NCBI RefSeq assembly: GCF_001194135.2
Contig: NC_068992.1
Location: 68,256,378 to 68,320,377 of the forward strand
Direction: 5' to 3'
Source of the DNA: Octopus bimaculoides
Taxonomy: Eukaryota
Length of the DNA: 64,000 nucleotides
The notes under the pieces: generated by a model
Seen by the model: only the letters and a program-made list of their open reading frames with translations
Databases searched by the model: none
Told to the model about the DNA's origin: nothing
Shown: positions 11,619 to 24,739 of the stretch, piece after piece
How the letters are laid out: every line of letters begins with the position of its first letter
How positions within the stretch are numbered: position 1 is the first letter of the stretch
Translations under genes and position numbers: made by a program

Positions 11619-12251
11619 TATATATATATGTGTGTGTGAGTGTGTTCCTATTTATATATTTTTCTCCATCCCTACATGCAAATGTCGAAAGGCCGTAATC
11701 CCATAAGTGTAAGTTCCTCTTCCCAATTTATTTTAACCTGACCATCTTAGCATTAACTGCCACTTGTGTTTATATTATTTCTCTTGGTCTTTACGCCACT
11801 TTACATATGAGTGTGGGAGTGTGTCCGTACATGTTTATATCCATATAAGTATTGGTATGAGGATATCGTCGGTAATATCATTCCTGAATACTCTTTCAAA
11901 TTTGGATTACAACTGTTCCGCATTTAATTCTTACGTGTAAGCCAACAGCCACTAGATTTGCTCTGTTCTACAATTAGTAGATATCAAACATATTTACTCC
12001 TTATATTTTTATTACATAGCGCACATCACCTTGACAGAAAATATCAAATGTATGCTTATCAAAGTACATAAGTAAAAAGTACATAAGTAAAAAGCGATGC
12101 TTATGGACAAGAGTCTTAGAAATACACGGACCTTCGAAAATGCCGTTTTAAACACTATTTCATTTTCTACTTTTCCATTTTCCAAGCCTCCACTGTCTCA
12201 AGCTTATTTCTTCTCTCAGTTCTCACTTTTATACAATATGCACATAAATAT

Positions 12252-12296
<45 letters not shown>

Positions 12297-15200
12297 AAAT
12301 CCCATTGGGTACAGAAACATTAGAGCTAGCTTTGTGCATTGTAATATTTATATCTTGATTGCATCATTTACTCTTATATGAAAAGCATTTAATTTGTCTA
12401 AATCTAGTAAAGGCGAGTGTTACGTGGTAAGTAACGTTTTTGCTATTTTATGGAAGCGGAAGAATACTTTAATGTGTTAGCCATGTGATGATAGCCTGCT
12501 TCTTGTTAAAGAAAACGATTACAGTTCCTACCAGCGTCGAGGTTCATGTATTGCTATTTGTAGAATTCTCGTATAATATGAAAATTGTGCTTTAGGTTAT
12601 TATGCCACCAGTAGAAATCTTAATGTTCGCAAGATGAACATATGGTCTTCTTTTCATCCTCAGCAATGCCCCCTTGATATCGATGTAAATACGTTTCTCA
12701 AACTTCATTGCTTTCCATAAACCTCAGTGCAGTGTTAATTATGTGGTTTTACGTCTAACTCCATTAGTATCCACAGATATACGACTTGTGGTTAAAGAAA
12801 TTTCCCTGTATGCTTTTAGGAAGTGTTAGACGCAAATCGATAGCGTTTATTTTGTTATATAATGAGAATAAAGCCCGGATAATTAAGATAGAACAAATTT
12901 CATCATCCTTTTATAGATGTGTTCAGAAATCTCTACTAAAATATGATTACCTGACGATTTAAAGATTTAAGTACTGTATTTTTGACAATTCCATATTGTT
13001 TATAACGTTTATTTTAATAATATTACGGGATGTGTTTCTATAAACTAATAAAGTAGTCAGATTCTGATGGTTTTATTGCAATGTATTTGCTTATAAAATA
13101 CATAAAACTTCCATTCCTAATCTGCTGAATCTATGAGCAGACGAGCCGTTGAAGCTAGTTGTAAATTTATAGCATGTCCAAACAGTTACAGTAGTATCAG
13201 GCCACATCAAAAATATTCTACCGCTGGTAATTCCATAAACCAGTAGTAGACTGCTGAGTCGTCAATAGCCTCCTGTGAAACACGATGCTGGATCTCATTA
13301 AAGCTTTTGAGTCCAGCATTGCCAACTGACTGACTCTCTTGTCAATTCCCAAATACTGGATCTATCCACAGTTAGCGTAGATTATCAAAATTTTTATGGC
13401 ATTCTTGAAAACTTTTTTTCGCTATTCATTCATATTGTAATGAAAACATTCGGGTAAATACAGCATTAGGCTGAACACTCCAGCGACAACAGAAAGTTTG
13501 ATATTTTCAGATCCGAATTAGTTGAGCAGAGAACGTTGGAACATTGACACAATACTCCTTCTAGCTGCTGCTTTTGTGAATTTCCGATTTCTAAATTTCC
13601 ATTTCTTTTCTTTCAAAATATATGACAGAAATGTAAATTTATGATTTGTATGGATTATACTCAGAAGGATGTTTCGCATGAGTTTTCAAAACTTCTTAAC
13701 AACAGAAAGAAACCATCTCGCACTTGTTATTGTAGTAAATTCGTTGATATTTTTTCATCATATGCATGCACACACACACACACACACACACGCACACACA
13801 CACACTTGGGCACACACTCACACACTTACGCACATACTCACACACGCACACGCTAGTACATAAGGTTGTTTTATCACATTCCAACGTTAGTGTTGTAGGA
13901 AGATTGATTTTACGAAGCTACTTCCAATCCTTTAGCTGCTAGCTCATTGTCTTCTCTCAGTGGTTCTTTATACTACAACATGTATATGTATGTACGTGAG
14001 TATGTGTATGCATGAATCTATGGATGAATGGATGTGTATATATATATATATGTTTTGACTGATTGATTTCTCCAGTCACGCTTCATGTCATACAGAGAAG
14101 GGTTGAAAATAAGTGATAGAGCGGGACGTGATAAGTGAGAGGGAAAGTATCATAGAAAAGAGAGGAAGGGGTAGAAACGGAGTTTTTATATACGTGAAAC
14201 AGAGAAAGATGGACCTAATGTGTATGAATTTTCCATAGTAGTGTGAGCTTTTGAATGGTTTTAATTTTAAGGTATATATTTCTTTTGAAAATTTAGAATT
14301 CATTTCCTTCTTTTGCATAAGTAATTCCCTATCACTTCGATCACATGAATTCCATATTTCCTGACATTACCTATTCTATGAAATATATTCTTCCAAAGTT
14401 GACTGTTTTAATGATGGCTTACAATAGTTTATATATTCTCCGTTGGTAGATATTGATATGAAAGAGTACTAAGTATAATGTAGTGCAGCACTTTATTCGT
14501 GTGGGCCTAGAACCTTGTTTACATATTTTTCTAAATACAACTAGGATCGCCTATGTATTTAACAGCAATATTTGTATATCGTGACGATGGTTTCGCAGTT
14601 TAACACTTCTTTCTTCCCCTTTTGTGCTATCGAGAAAAGGACCTCGTAGCAATATCTTTTCAGTATTATCGATCGAAAATACCTTCTACATATTATAAAT
14701 CAGTTGTATCTTGAAATAATGTGTATAGCGAAAGCTTGCAAATGAGAAAGAATTTAATGCCAATCGAAACTAAGTGGTCTCCTCAAATGAATATAATCAA
14801 CAATGGAACTTCTAACTATTCTATTGGCTGAACACTTAACATTGATTTACATCGTCATAATACCAATATATCTATGATGCCAATATAGTTAGAAATCAGA
14901 AAGCAATGAATTGAAAATAAAATTCTGCTGGATAACGAACTGAGAATAAAGAACGGTGTGCTTGAGGACCTCCAATCACTGCAAAAGAATAGTTCGTTTC
15001 TTGGTCAATAACAAAGATGCACAAAGTCGGAAGCCAACATTAAGAACATTGTTATAATTAAGTGTTGAGATCCTTGTCAATGGGGAGTGGGGGGGCTCAT
15101 TCTTATTGTTTCTCTTTATGTAGGTCACCTAACTAGAAATATTAATGTCACATCTAATAGGGATGACATTAATAATACACAGTTAACTGGTTTGATCAAG

Positions 15201-15429
15201 TCGCAGTTAAACCTATTGTATGATCAGAGGTCTTACTGTTAAATCAAATATGCGCGCTACTCTTCCAGACAAGAATCGGATTTCTCTACATCAGACGTCA
15301 TGAGATTTCGATAAGTTTCTCATGTGAAACACATGTACGCACGATATAGGTATATATATATATATGTATATATACGTGTATATATGTATATATAAGTGTA
15401 TATATATGTATATGTGTATATATATATAC

Positions 15430-15823
15430 TTTTTCTTTTACTCTTTTACTTGTTTCAGTCATTTGACTACGGCCATGCTGGAGCACCACCTTTAGTCGAG
15501 CAAATCGACCCCAGGACTTATTTTTTGTAAATCTAGTACTTATTCTATCGATCTCCTTTGCCGGACCGCTACGTTCCGGGGACGTAAACACACCAGTATC
15601 GGTTGTCAAGTGATGTGGGGGGGGGGAACAAACACAAACACACAAACATATACACACACATACGAGCTTCGTTCAGTTTCCGTCAACCAAATCCACTCAC
15701 AAGGCTTTGGTCGGACAGAGGCTACAGTAGAAGACACTTGCCCAAGGTGCCACGCGTTGGGACTGAACCAGGAACCATATGGTTGATAAGCAAGCTACTT
15801 AGCACACAGCCACACCTGCGCAT
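15430..15823 (-). mobile_element. SINE family A copy, near full length
   Basis: Contains ttacttgtttcagtcatt, gtaaacacaccag, cagtttccgtcaaccaaatccactcacaagg, cttgcccaaggtgccacgc and gggactgaacc. Confidence 0.9.
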
Positions 15824-15878
15824 ATATGTATATATTTGTATATATATATGTATATATGTGTGTATATATATATGTATG

Positions 15879-15924
<46 letters not shown>

Positions 15925-15975
15925 ATATATATGTATGTATATGTATCTGTATGTATATATATATATATGTATCTG

Positions 15976-16016
<41 letters not shown>

Positions 16017-16821
16017 ATGTCTATNNNNNNNNNNNNNNNNNNNNNNNNNNNNNNNNNNNNNNNNNNNNNNNNNNNNNNNNNNNNNNNNNNNNNNNNNNNN
16101 NNNNNNNNNNNNNNNNNNNNNNNNNNNNNNNNNNNNNNNNNNNNNNNNNNNNNNNNNNNNNNNNNNNNNNNNNNNNNNNNNNNNNNNNNNNNNNNNNNNN
16201 NNNNNNNNNNNNNNNNNNNNNNNNNNNNNNNNNNNNNNNNNNNNNNNNNNNNNNNNNNNNNNNNNNNNNNNNNNNNNNNNNNNNNNNNNNNNNNNNNNNN
16301 NNNNNNNNNNNNNNNNNNNNNNNNNNNNNNNNNNNNNNNNNNNNNNNNNNNNNNNNNNNNNNNNNNNNNNNNNNNNNNNNNNNNNNNNNNNNNNNNNNNN
16401 NNNNNNNNNNNNNNNNNNNNNNNNNNNNNNNNNNNNNNNNNNNNNNNNNNNNNNNNNNNNNNNNNNNNNNNNNNNNNNNNNNNNNNNNNNNNNNNNNNNN
16501 NNNNNNNNNNNNNNNNNNNNNNNNNNNNNNNNNNNNNNNNNNNNNNNNNNNNNNNNNNNNNNNNNNNNNNNNNNNNNNNNNNNNNNNNNNNNNNNNNNNN
16601 NNNNNNNNNNNNNNNNNNNNNNNNNNNNNNNNNNNNNNNNNNNNNNNNNNNNNNNNNNNNNNNNNNNNNNNNTATATATATGCATGCGTAATGTATGTCT
16701 GTGTATATATATTTGTATGTACATGTATATATATTTGTATGTATATGTATATATATGTGTATGTATATGTATATATGTGTATGTATATGTATACATGTGT
16801 ATACATGTATATGTTTATATT

Positions 16822-16895
<74 letters not shown>
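15824..16895. repeat. Compound (TA)/(TATG)/(TG) microsatellite spanning a ~650-nt N gap
   Basis: Direct reading. The 260-370 aa ORFs in the track here are gap and microsatellite artefacts. Confidence 0.95.
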
Positions 16896-16905
<10 letters not shown>

Positions 16906-19884
16906 CGATTGACTGAAAAATATTTTCGAGTTACCATGACATGATCAATAATTACTATATATAACGAGATAAGTATTTTTCTTTTTAATCATGAATTTAC
17001 ATGTTGTTGCGTTTAAAATGGAGGTAACAGAAATAGTAGAAAATAGAGAAACAGAGACTGAAGTTAGTCTAATCAATGAGTCCGATGTAGAAGAAGACAG
17101 GCAGCAATGTTGGGAAATATTAACGGAAACTGAAAAGATTATTGATTGGAAACAGGAAATACTTCTCCAAGTTGATGCTAAAGGCAAAAGAATATCATAT
17201 TAGTCTTGGTGTTTTTAATACCAGCACCGGAAATAAAAGTATCACTTGATATGATATGTCTCGCTGTTTTCTTTGTTTTTTGTTTTTTGTTTTTTTTTAT
17301 CTAAGCTGAAATAGCAGTTCAAGTCTTAGTATGAAACAAGCAATGAAATCGTAACAAATGAAATTAAGTTGCGATTATTTATTGAATGGTAATTCCAATG
17401 TTTTCTTTATCAAATCTTTATATCTTTCTTCAGACAGTAGCATTCACCTAATATCTGTAGCTACACAATATATTAGAGTATTGGAGCGATAGTTTCAGAC
17501 ACAGGTTATTATTTTCTAAACCTAAAAGCATCTCACCGCCAAGTTCTCTTCAACCCTATAAGTAATAAGATCAACCATCTTTCCTCAGTATTAGCATCGC
17601 TAAAGTTAAAGAATATTTAGATATCTTGTAATTCATATTCTTTCTTTCCAGCTAGTATTATTAATGGAAATTTCACTAGAAATGAACGGGAATTGTTCAT
17701 TAGTCTTACGGTTTAATGGGTGCTAATACTTACTATGGTGCAATCTATACATTAGCAAAATAAGTCTCCAGAAGATTCGGCAAGCTACAGTAAGCTTTTT
17801 ATGACTTGAGTTACATCTGTCGTCTTAACCACCACCCCGCAAAAAACCTTCAACCTTTGCAAATGCTAAACTTATGTGAGAGGTTATATAGACACGCCAG
17901 GATTACACTTTTACTACTTTTTCTTTATTGTTTGGATATGGAGGATTTGTTATGCGACATTGTTTGGTAAACGTAAGTTGACGGAGATGCAAGACAGTGA
18001 ATATGCCTCAAACGAAATCTTAAACTCTTTTCACATTTGATTCCCAATTCTAATAATCTTTATGATATTTTATGTGTAATTATTTCTTTATATTTTTGAC
18101 GGAGATGCAAGACAGTGAATATGCTTCAAACTCAATCTTAAAGTCTTCAAAATAATGTCATATTGGATTTGTATTTTACGATTAATTATTTCTAAGCAAC
18201 TCCTCATTTGCTTAGAAAACATTGCTTTCATTATTTTATCACAGTCATAAATCACTCTATTTTAAACAAACATCATGGTAATCCAACAACAGAGGGAGAA
18301 GCAGTTTGTCAAGTTTTACCTTCCCCTCAAAGCAACATAGAGATTTCAATTCAGTAGCCCATTTTTAAGCTTTGCATTGTGTGTATGTATGAGTATGTAT
18401 GAGTATGTATGTTTGTGTGTGTGTGTGAGAGAGAGAGAAAGGGTGGGAAAGAGAGAACATTGCAAACAATGAATGAAATGAAACAAATCGCATGAATAAA
18501 AGGGCATTACTACAGATGTATACGCCCCCGAATTTGTTGCCTCATAACACCGCGAAAAATGGATACTTTTAAACACAATTTACTACAGATACCGATTAGA
18601 TGTTGTGACTTCACGGTACATAAGAAAATATGGCAAAGAATTTTTTCGAGGGGGTGGAGAGTTTTTGGAAATAGTTATATTCCAATGAAAGTTTATACAA
18701 ATCCCTTCCAAACGGCATAGATTAAGATTACAAAGTAATTTGTGGGGAAAATTTGTTCGGGCATTTTTCCCCACTGATGTGTTGTTCTCATTTGGTTAAT
18801 ACTTCTATTTTCGTAAGGCATTCTACGAAGAGGCTCGTGTGATTTGCAGTATCTGGTGAGCGATAAGTAGTACATATAACCTGATCAACATTCTGTATAA
18901 GAGGCAAATAGTGTTTTAGCAGTAGCCATTTCGCATAACTGAAACTGTGATAACTTACAAATTCATATATTAATAGTGTGTGCGAGTGGGGGGAAGTATG
19001 AACTGATTATTACACCGATACTCAAAGGATGGAATACAATAAGAAACCGGCGATATTCGTACCCGGAAGGGTTTGGAATGAAAATTAAATATCTACACTA
19101 AATGCGTTTGTACATAATGTGCATTAATGTGATGTTCATACCATAATGATGATAGTTTAATGCCATAGTAACACTGGGCAATGGTGGCTGGATCAGAGCC
19201 AACATCAAGCTAGTTTACTGCTACAGACCGCTGGATTATACCCAGATACATGAAAAATGTTATAGCAATGTAATTCATTTGATGACACACTGAGTTTGAG
19301 AGTCGAATCATAAATTCCTCTTTTACCGAATTCTTTTAGTTCCCTTACATCAGTTTCTCCTTTTGTAATAGATGCTTCGGTGATGTTATGCTTACATGAA
19401 ATTTTAAAACCCTGACACTATAAGTTAATAACATACATATAGATATCTATAAACAAATAGTTTCATCAACACACACGCGCGCGCGTTTATGTGAATGTGA
19501 CGGACTGATGGATGGATTGATCTGCTATTACACAACTCATTTTCTAGTTTGCAAACAAGTTTGACAGATATGAGACCAGATATTAGCAGCGTTAAGGAAA
19601 TGTGGCCACGTTTGAGTATTTCAATGTAAGCTGTCAATATTTGAACAAGGAAAGAAACCAATATCTTCGTGTTTTAATTTGTCGATATTGTTTGGTTGTC
19701 TTCATGTTTGGTTGTCTTCATTTTGTTTACAACTATCAGAACTTGAATTTACATCATCTAAAAGAAATAATCGAGCTCAGAGAAAAAGTTGAAATATCTA
19801 ATGTGATATCGTGGGCATTGTCAAAATGGATGTATGCGAGCATGTGTAAATAATGCATTCATCTGCATATAAATATATGTGTGT

Positions 19885-19923
<39 letters not shown>

Positions 19924-22900
19924 TGTGTATGTGTGTGTGTGTGTCGCAATGTTAAAGTAAGCATACACATATGTTCAAATTTTGCCATATTGTTTTAACG
20001 GAATATTAAATATTCTTTACCTGTACAACTTTGTGTATAAGTTGTATTATAGTAAGGCGTGTTATATTTTAAATGTTAAACGAAGGCATTTTATATGAGC
20101 CCTATCGTTATTTATTACGCAGTAAATTCATTATCATTGCGATCATCTCCTAACTCTATTCAATAGTTTTGACACGACCGAAACTTTGTATTTCGTGAAG
20201 AATATATATAAAAAAAAAAATTCTTTACTTGGTTAACTCTGAATACCAACATGACAAACGTGGTAGGTTTGATAGTTGTTCCGCTGCTAACAATGACAAA
20301 TAGGTCCGAATTTGTGTTTAATAGTTAAGAAATGAACTCTGAGAATCGGAAGACACTAACGACGGAGTTTAGTAACAAACAAAAAAAAGGGCGGAACTAG
20401 TTTTCGTGCATTTTTCGTTGTCGAATAAATTGCATTGAGTTTAGAAAGTTTAACGTGGAATCTAACGTGTGTTTTTATTAAATGCATTAATAACATGTGG
20501 TCTGCCGAACATTTATGTTAGTAATTCAGCAGTCGTATATGTCTGATTGATTTCTTCACTGAAATAAAGAAAACATATTGCCTTTGTCAGTATTATTGTT
20601 TTGAACATCATATGATTATTGCCCTATAAAGGAATATTTTATATTTGTCAAGTTGACTAAAACCTGTGGTCAATAATTTAACATTAAATTGCTTAGCATA
20701 AAACCTGTCAAATTTGGACAAAAATAACTTAAACGAGACTAGAAAAAGTGATAATTAGGATGCTTACAATAAATACACATTAACTGATCAGATATTACAA
20801 AAACACATTTTAGTTCCAAGTGCACACCTTATTTCTTTTGTTCCTTGTTTATTTTATTTTCATTTGCAGTTACTCGAATCAGCTTCTATCTTATTAGATA
20901 CTTTTATAGTCTTACACTAGATGTTATCATAGTTTATATTCTTAGAAGACATCTATCTGCGTGTGTCAGTGTGAAATGCAATTTAAGTTAGCCAGGTGGG
21001 TTTATTGTTTTTGAATTGCAGTCATTATATTCATTTTCATTATACTTTATGTTTGTTGTTGCCAAGTCAATTACTTTCTAGTTGGAAATATAACTACGTT
21101 CTATTTGTGGCTATTGTACTTTGTGTAGTCCATTAACTTTTAAGTGTCGTGTCTGTGTTTAGTTTAATTCTTCTATTCGTGAAATAGGATATAACTTGAC
21201 GTTATTAATTTCCTTCACTTTCATGTTTATCTCCCTATTGAGTCAGTGCAACATGTAACATGATTTGCAGTTATCTTTCGTCTACTGCAAACTTAGTGCC
21301 CTCGTCCATGTATATGGGATAATTTATCGTCCTTTTACAACAATGTCTTCAAATTGTTTCAGCTTTAAAGCTGCAGTCATCTTGGAGTACCATCGATATA
21401 TATTTGTACTCATAGTCGAGTACGGTTCTGAGATGTTAACTGCAATATCAAAAACTTAACTAGGATCTGCAAAGTCATTAGGACTCCAACGGACTATATG
21501 CTAACTCCTGTACCCGTCGCTCGTAAGCTATCTGCTCTGCTCCACAAATATTACACGATAGCGGTCAACGTGCGAGGAACGGTCCTAAGACATAACTTTA
21601 TAGTATGCTAAAACATTATTGTTGAGCCAGCTGAGATCGATTTCGAAGTTTTTGCTGCATCAGCTCATTCTCACCCCGCCCCCTTATTTTCCCATAAAGG
21701 CAGAGTGAAGCAACGTGACGCAGCGCATTGGTCAGGGAACTTTGAAATACTTATTATTTATTTATTTGCAAGATGAAAGTATGTCATTTACATCCTTGCT
21801 CATTGTTTGATAGAAATATCGAATAAGGTACCAGAAATTTTCGTGACCTATTTCTCCCACATTCTGTCAACGGAAGTCAATCGTCTTATATTCAACATTG
21901 TTAAAGTTGATTTCTTTTTTAATATTTGGTGAAGTACATCATGTCAATTGCTAGCATATGTGTTTAAATTGTTATCGTATGTGCTTTTCTTGGTATCTTC
22001 CGCATCGTTCATATCTGAGTTTGACTTCAATTGAAGCCTGTTTGTTAAATTACATTTAGAGATAGCAGACATAAAGAAATATCTCTTCTTCAATGTCGCA
22101 TTTTAAATTTGTAACGGTATATCACTAACAGAAAAGGAGAAATTACCCAATTATGAAGATCTTGAGACAACGACATGCAGAGACATAAAATCTTAGACAA
22201 TTCCCATAATATTAGGAGTATTAAGAATGAATAGAAATGAATTCGGAAAATAGATCGCCAACCTCAAAATAGCAAGAGCCGTAAGTGATATTACATACGT
22301 ACCATTTGGTAGAGCTGATCTTCTGCAGATCTTTCACACACTGACATAATAAAATTTGGAATACTGTTGCCTTTATACAAGATCGTAGAATGAAATAAGG
22401 TAGAGTGATGGATGTAAACACCTTCAGGTATTATTTTGCCTGATTTAGTGAAACTCCCCGAACTAAACAACAAAAGCTGCGTCGAGTCGATCGGATAACA
22501 TCTACTATGGCATTTGATCTGCTAGAAAAAGCAACTGTGCGTTTCTCAAATAAAACCTTATTTTCTGTAAAAGATGAAGTGATCACAACTAGACTGTCTT
22601 TCATCATAAATCTGATGGCCAGGGCTGACATGAAACTGAACAATAACAACTCCAATACCAACATTGACAAAGCTATGCGTAGTTTAGCTCACGAGTGCTC
22701 TGACAAAGACTTCGTTAACAATTGCATTATTTTTTATAAATACCGATACCAAGCCCTTAATAAACATCAATAGTATGGCGTTGTGGAAGACTGTGACGTC
22801 ATACTTTCTTAGTTTGTCGTAACCATGACATTAGAAAGAAATGAGGACGGGCCGTGCTGTTTGCATAAAGTCAGAATCTATTGAAATATATTTATTATCT

Positions 22901-24157
22901 GTTGCTTTAAGGTAGAAGCACTTAATATGGGATGTCATGACAGCAAACAAAAGAAATGCTACTAGGAATCATGAAATGGCTATGGTGAAAGCAGTATTAA
23001 TATGTAACAGCGTAAAAACTGATGGTTTTTTTTCACCAAACTGCACGTTGCGATTGTATGCATTGTATGCATTGTTATTGATGCACAAGAATAAAAGATT
23101 AGAAGTATGGAGGTGACAGATAATGGTGGGGGGTAACCATTGATTTCGGTGCCTCATCCATGAATACTCATAATTTTTAGCAGATGTGGTATTTATGTTA
23201 ATAATAAAGGGAAACATGAAAAACAAACAATCCTGCAGATTTGCTTACCCAAGAGAGTTGGAAAATGGTAAAGAGTTAAGAGGGAGTTGTGTGAAGTCCA
23301 GGTTTTATTTATATGAATAAGATATTCATGTCTCTAGAGAAAAGAATCACATCGAAGAATTAACAATATAAACCAGGTTTGACTTGAACAATATTGATCA
23401 TAGTTTTGGCTAAGCATATTTAACATCTTTGTATACAACAACAATCACACGTAAAATAATTTTAAAAAAGTATATACGAAAGAAAAATGGGGATAACTGG
23501 GGTTGATACTGTTGAGGTCTACATTTTTTCAGATTGAAAGCAGCTTTAATGTCAACGAACAATTATGTATCCAACAGAAAATGAAGAACAAAATTATTTT
23601 AATTGGTAAAAATGTCGATGATGATGATGATGATGATGATGCAGACAAAACTCCGGTAGCAACTATAATCTAGAATATACTACTTCTGATCTTAATAATA
23701 ATGGCAATGAAGATGATGCTAGCGATATTAGATCTCATAAATATAATTATAGCTAGGGCGACAATAATATCAGAGGATATCATTTCCAGAATCCATAGAC
23801 AAGTAACCTTCACGATGGTTACTTCCATATGCTATGATCGAATTTTTCCACTTGACCTTTATTTTTAACATTGATTATTTACATTGAATTATCGAGGACT
23901 TCAGCTACAGCAGCTAACACGCTCCGAAAACATCTCTGCTCAATAGAAATATCATCATGTGTAACATAAAACACGATGTCACTGCATCAGTAGACATAAC
24001 GACTTGCTTAATGCATCAACCGATAATATACCAACTAAAGATAATCTGGTAGTTTGTGTGGAATCTTACACGTATGCAGAAAAACATGCTACTGCTTGTG
24101 AATTTATTTGTCCTTCATACCAACTTTTGCATTAGCGCAAGATTTGCTTTTGTTAAA

Positions 24158-24193
<36 letters not shown>

Positions 24194-24739
24194 NNNNNNN
24201 NNNNNNNNNNNNNNNNNNNNNNNNNNNNNNNNNNNNNNNNNNNNNNNNNNNNNNNNNNNNNNNNNNNNNNNNNNNNNNNNNNNNNNNNNNNNNNNNNNNN
24301 NNNNNNNNNNNNNNNNNNNNNNNNNNNNNNNNTATATATATATATATATATAGAAATTCACATGTATAAGTATACTTTTACTGTAGCAAAACCCAGTATT
24401 ATATATTTGCATAACGTTTTATCCATACCTCTTGTGGTATACATGTTAAATTTCATTGTAAAATTGTACCCCTCCTAGACACACACTACTGCGGCTTCAG
24501 ATGTGGTTTGAACCGGACTAGTAAAATCTCATTTTATTCGCTTACATTTCACTCTTAACGCACCATCAAAAACTTTGTTATCAAGAATATAAATAGAATG
24601 TTGAGGTGAAAATTTGAATAAGTGCACATAGTTAATATTTAGACATTAAATGTTGAATTGTTTTCATCAGGCACAGTGCAATATACATATCAATTTGATT
24701 TCTCTAGACACAGGTGTGAAGGAGTGAGGTATGGGTTTG

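Noticed and set aside
13180-13340. Minus-strand peptide FNEIQHRVSQEAIDDSAVYYWFMEL resembling a mariner HTH
   Set aside because: About 45 codons between stops, with no TIRs or catalytic motifs nearby.
15603-16944. Longest ORFs in the track (261-372 aa)
   Set aside because: Made of N runs and dinucleotide repeats (YI/CV/HT polymers).
18742-18774. 11-bp hairpin gtggggaaaat/atttttccccac; a similar 11-bp stem near 15145-15180
   Set aside because: Short stems of this size are expected by chance in 64 kb, and there is no supporting context.
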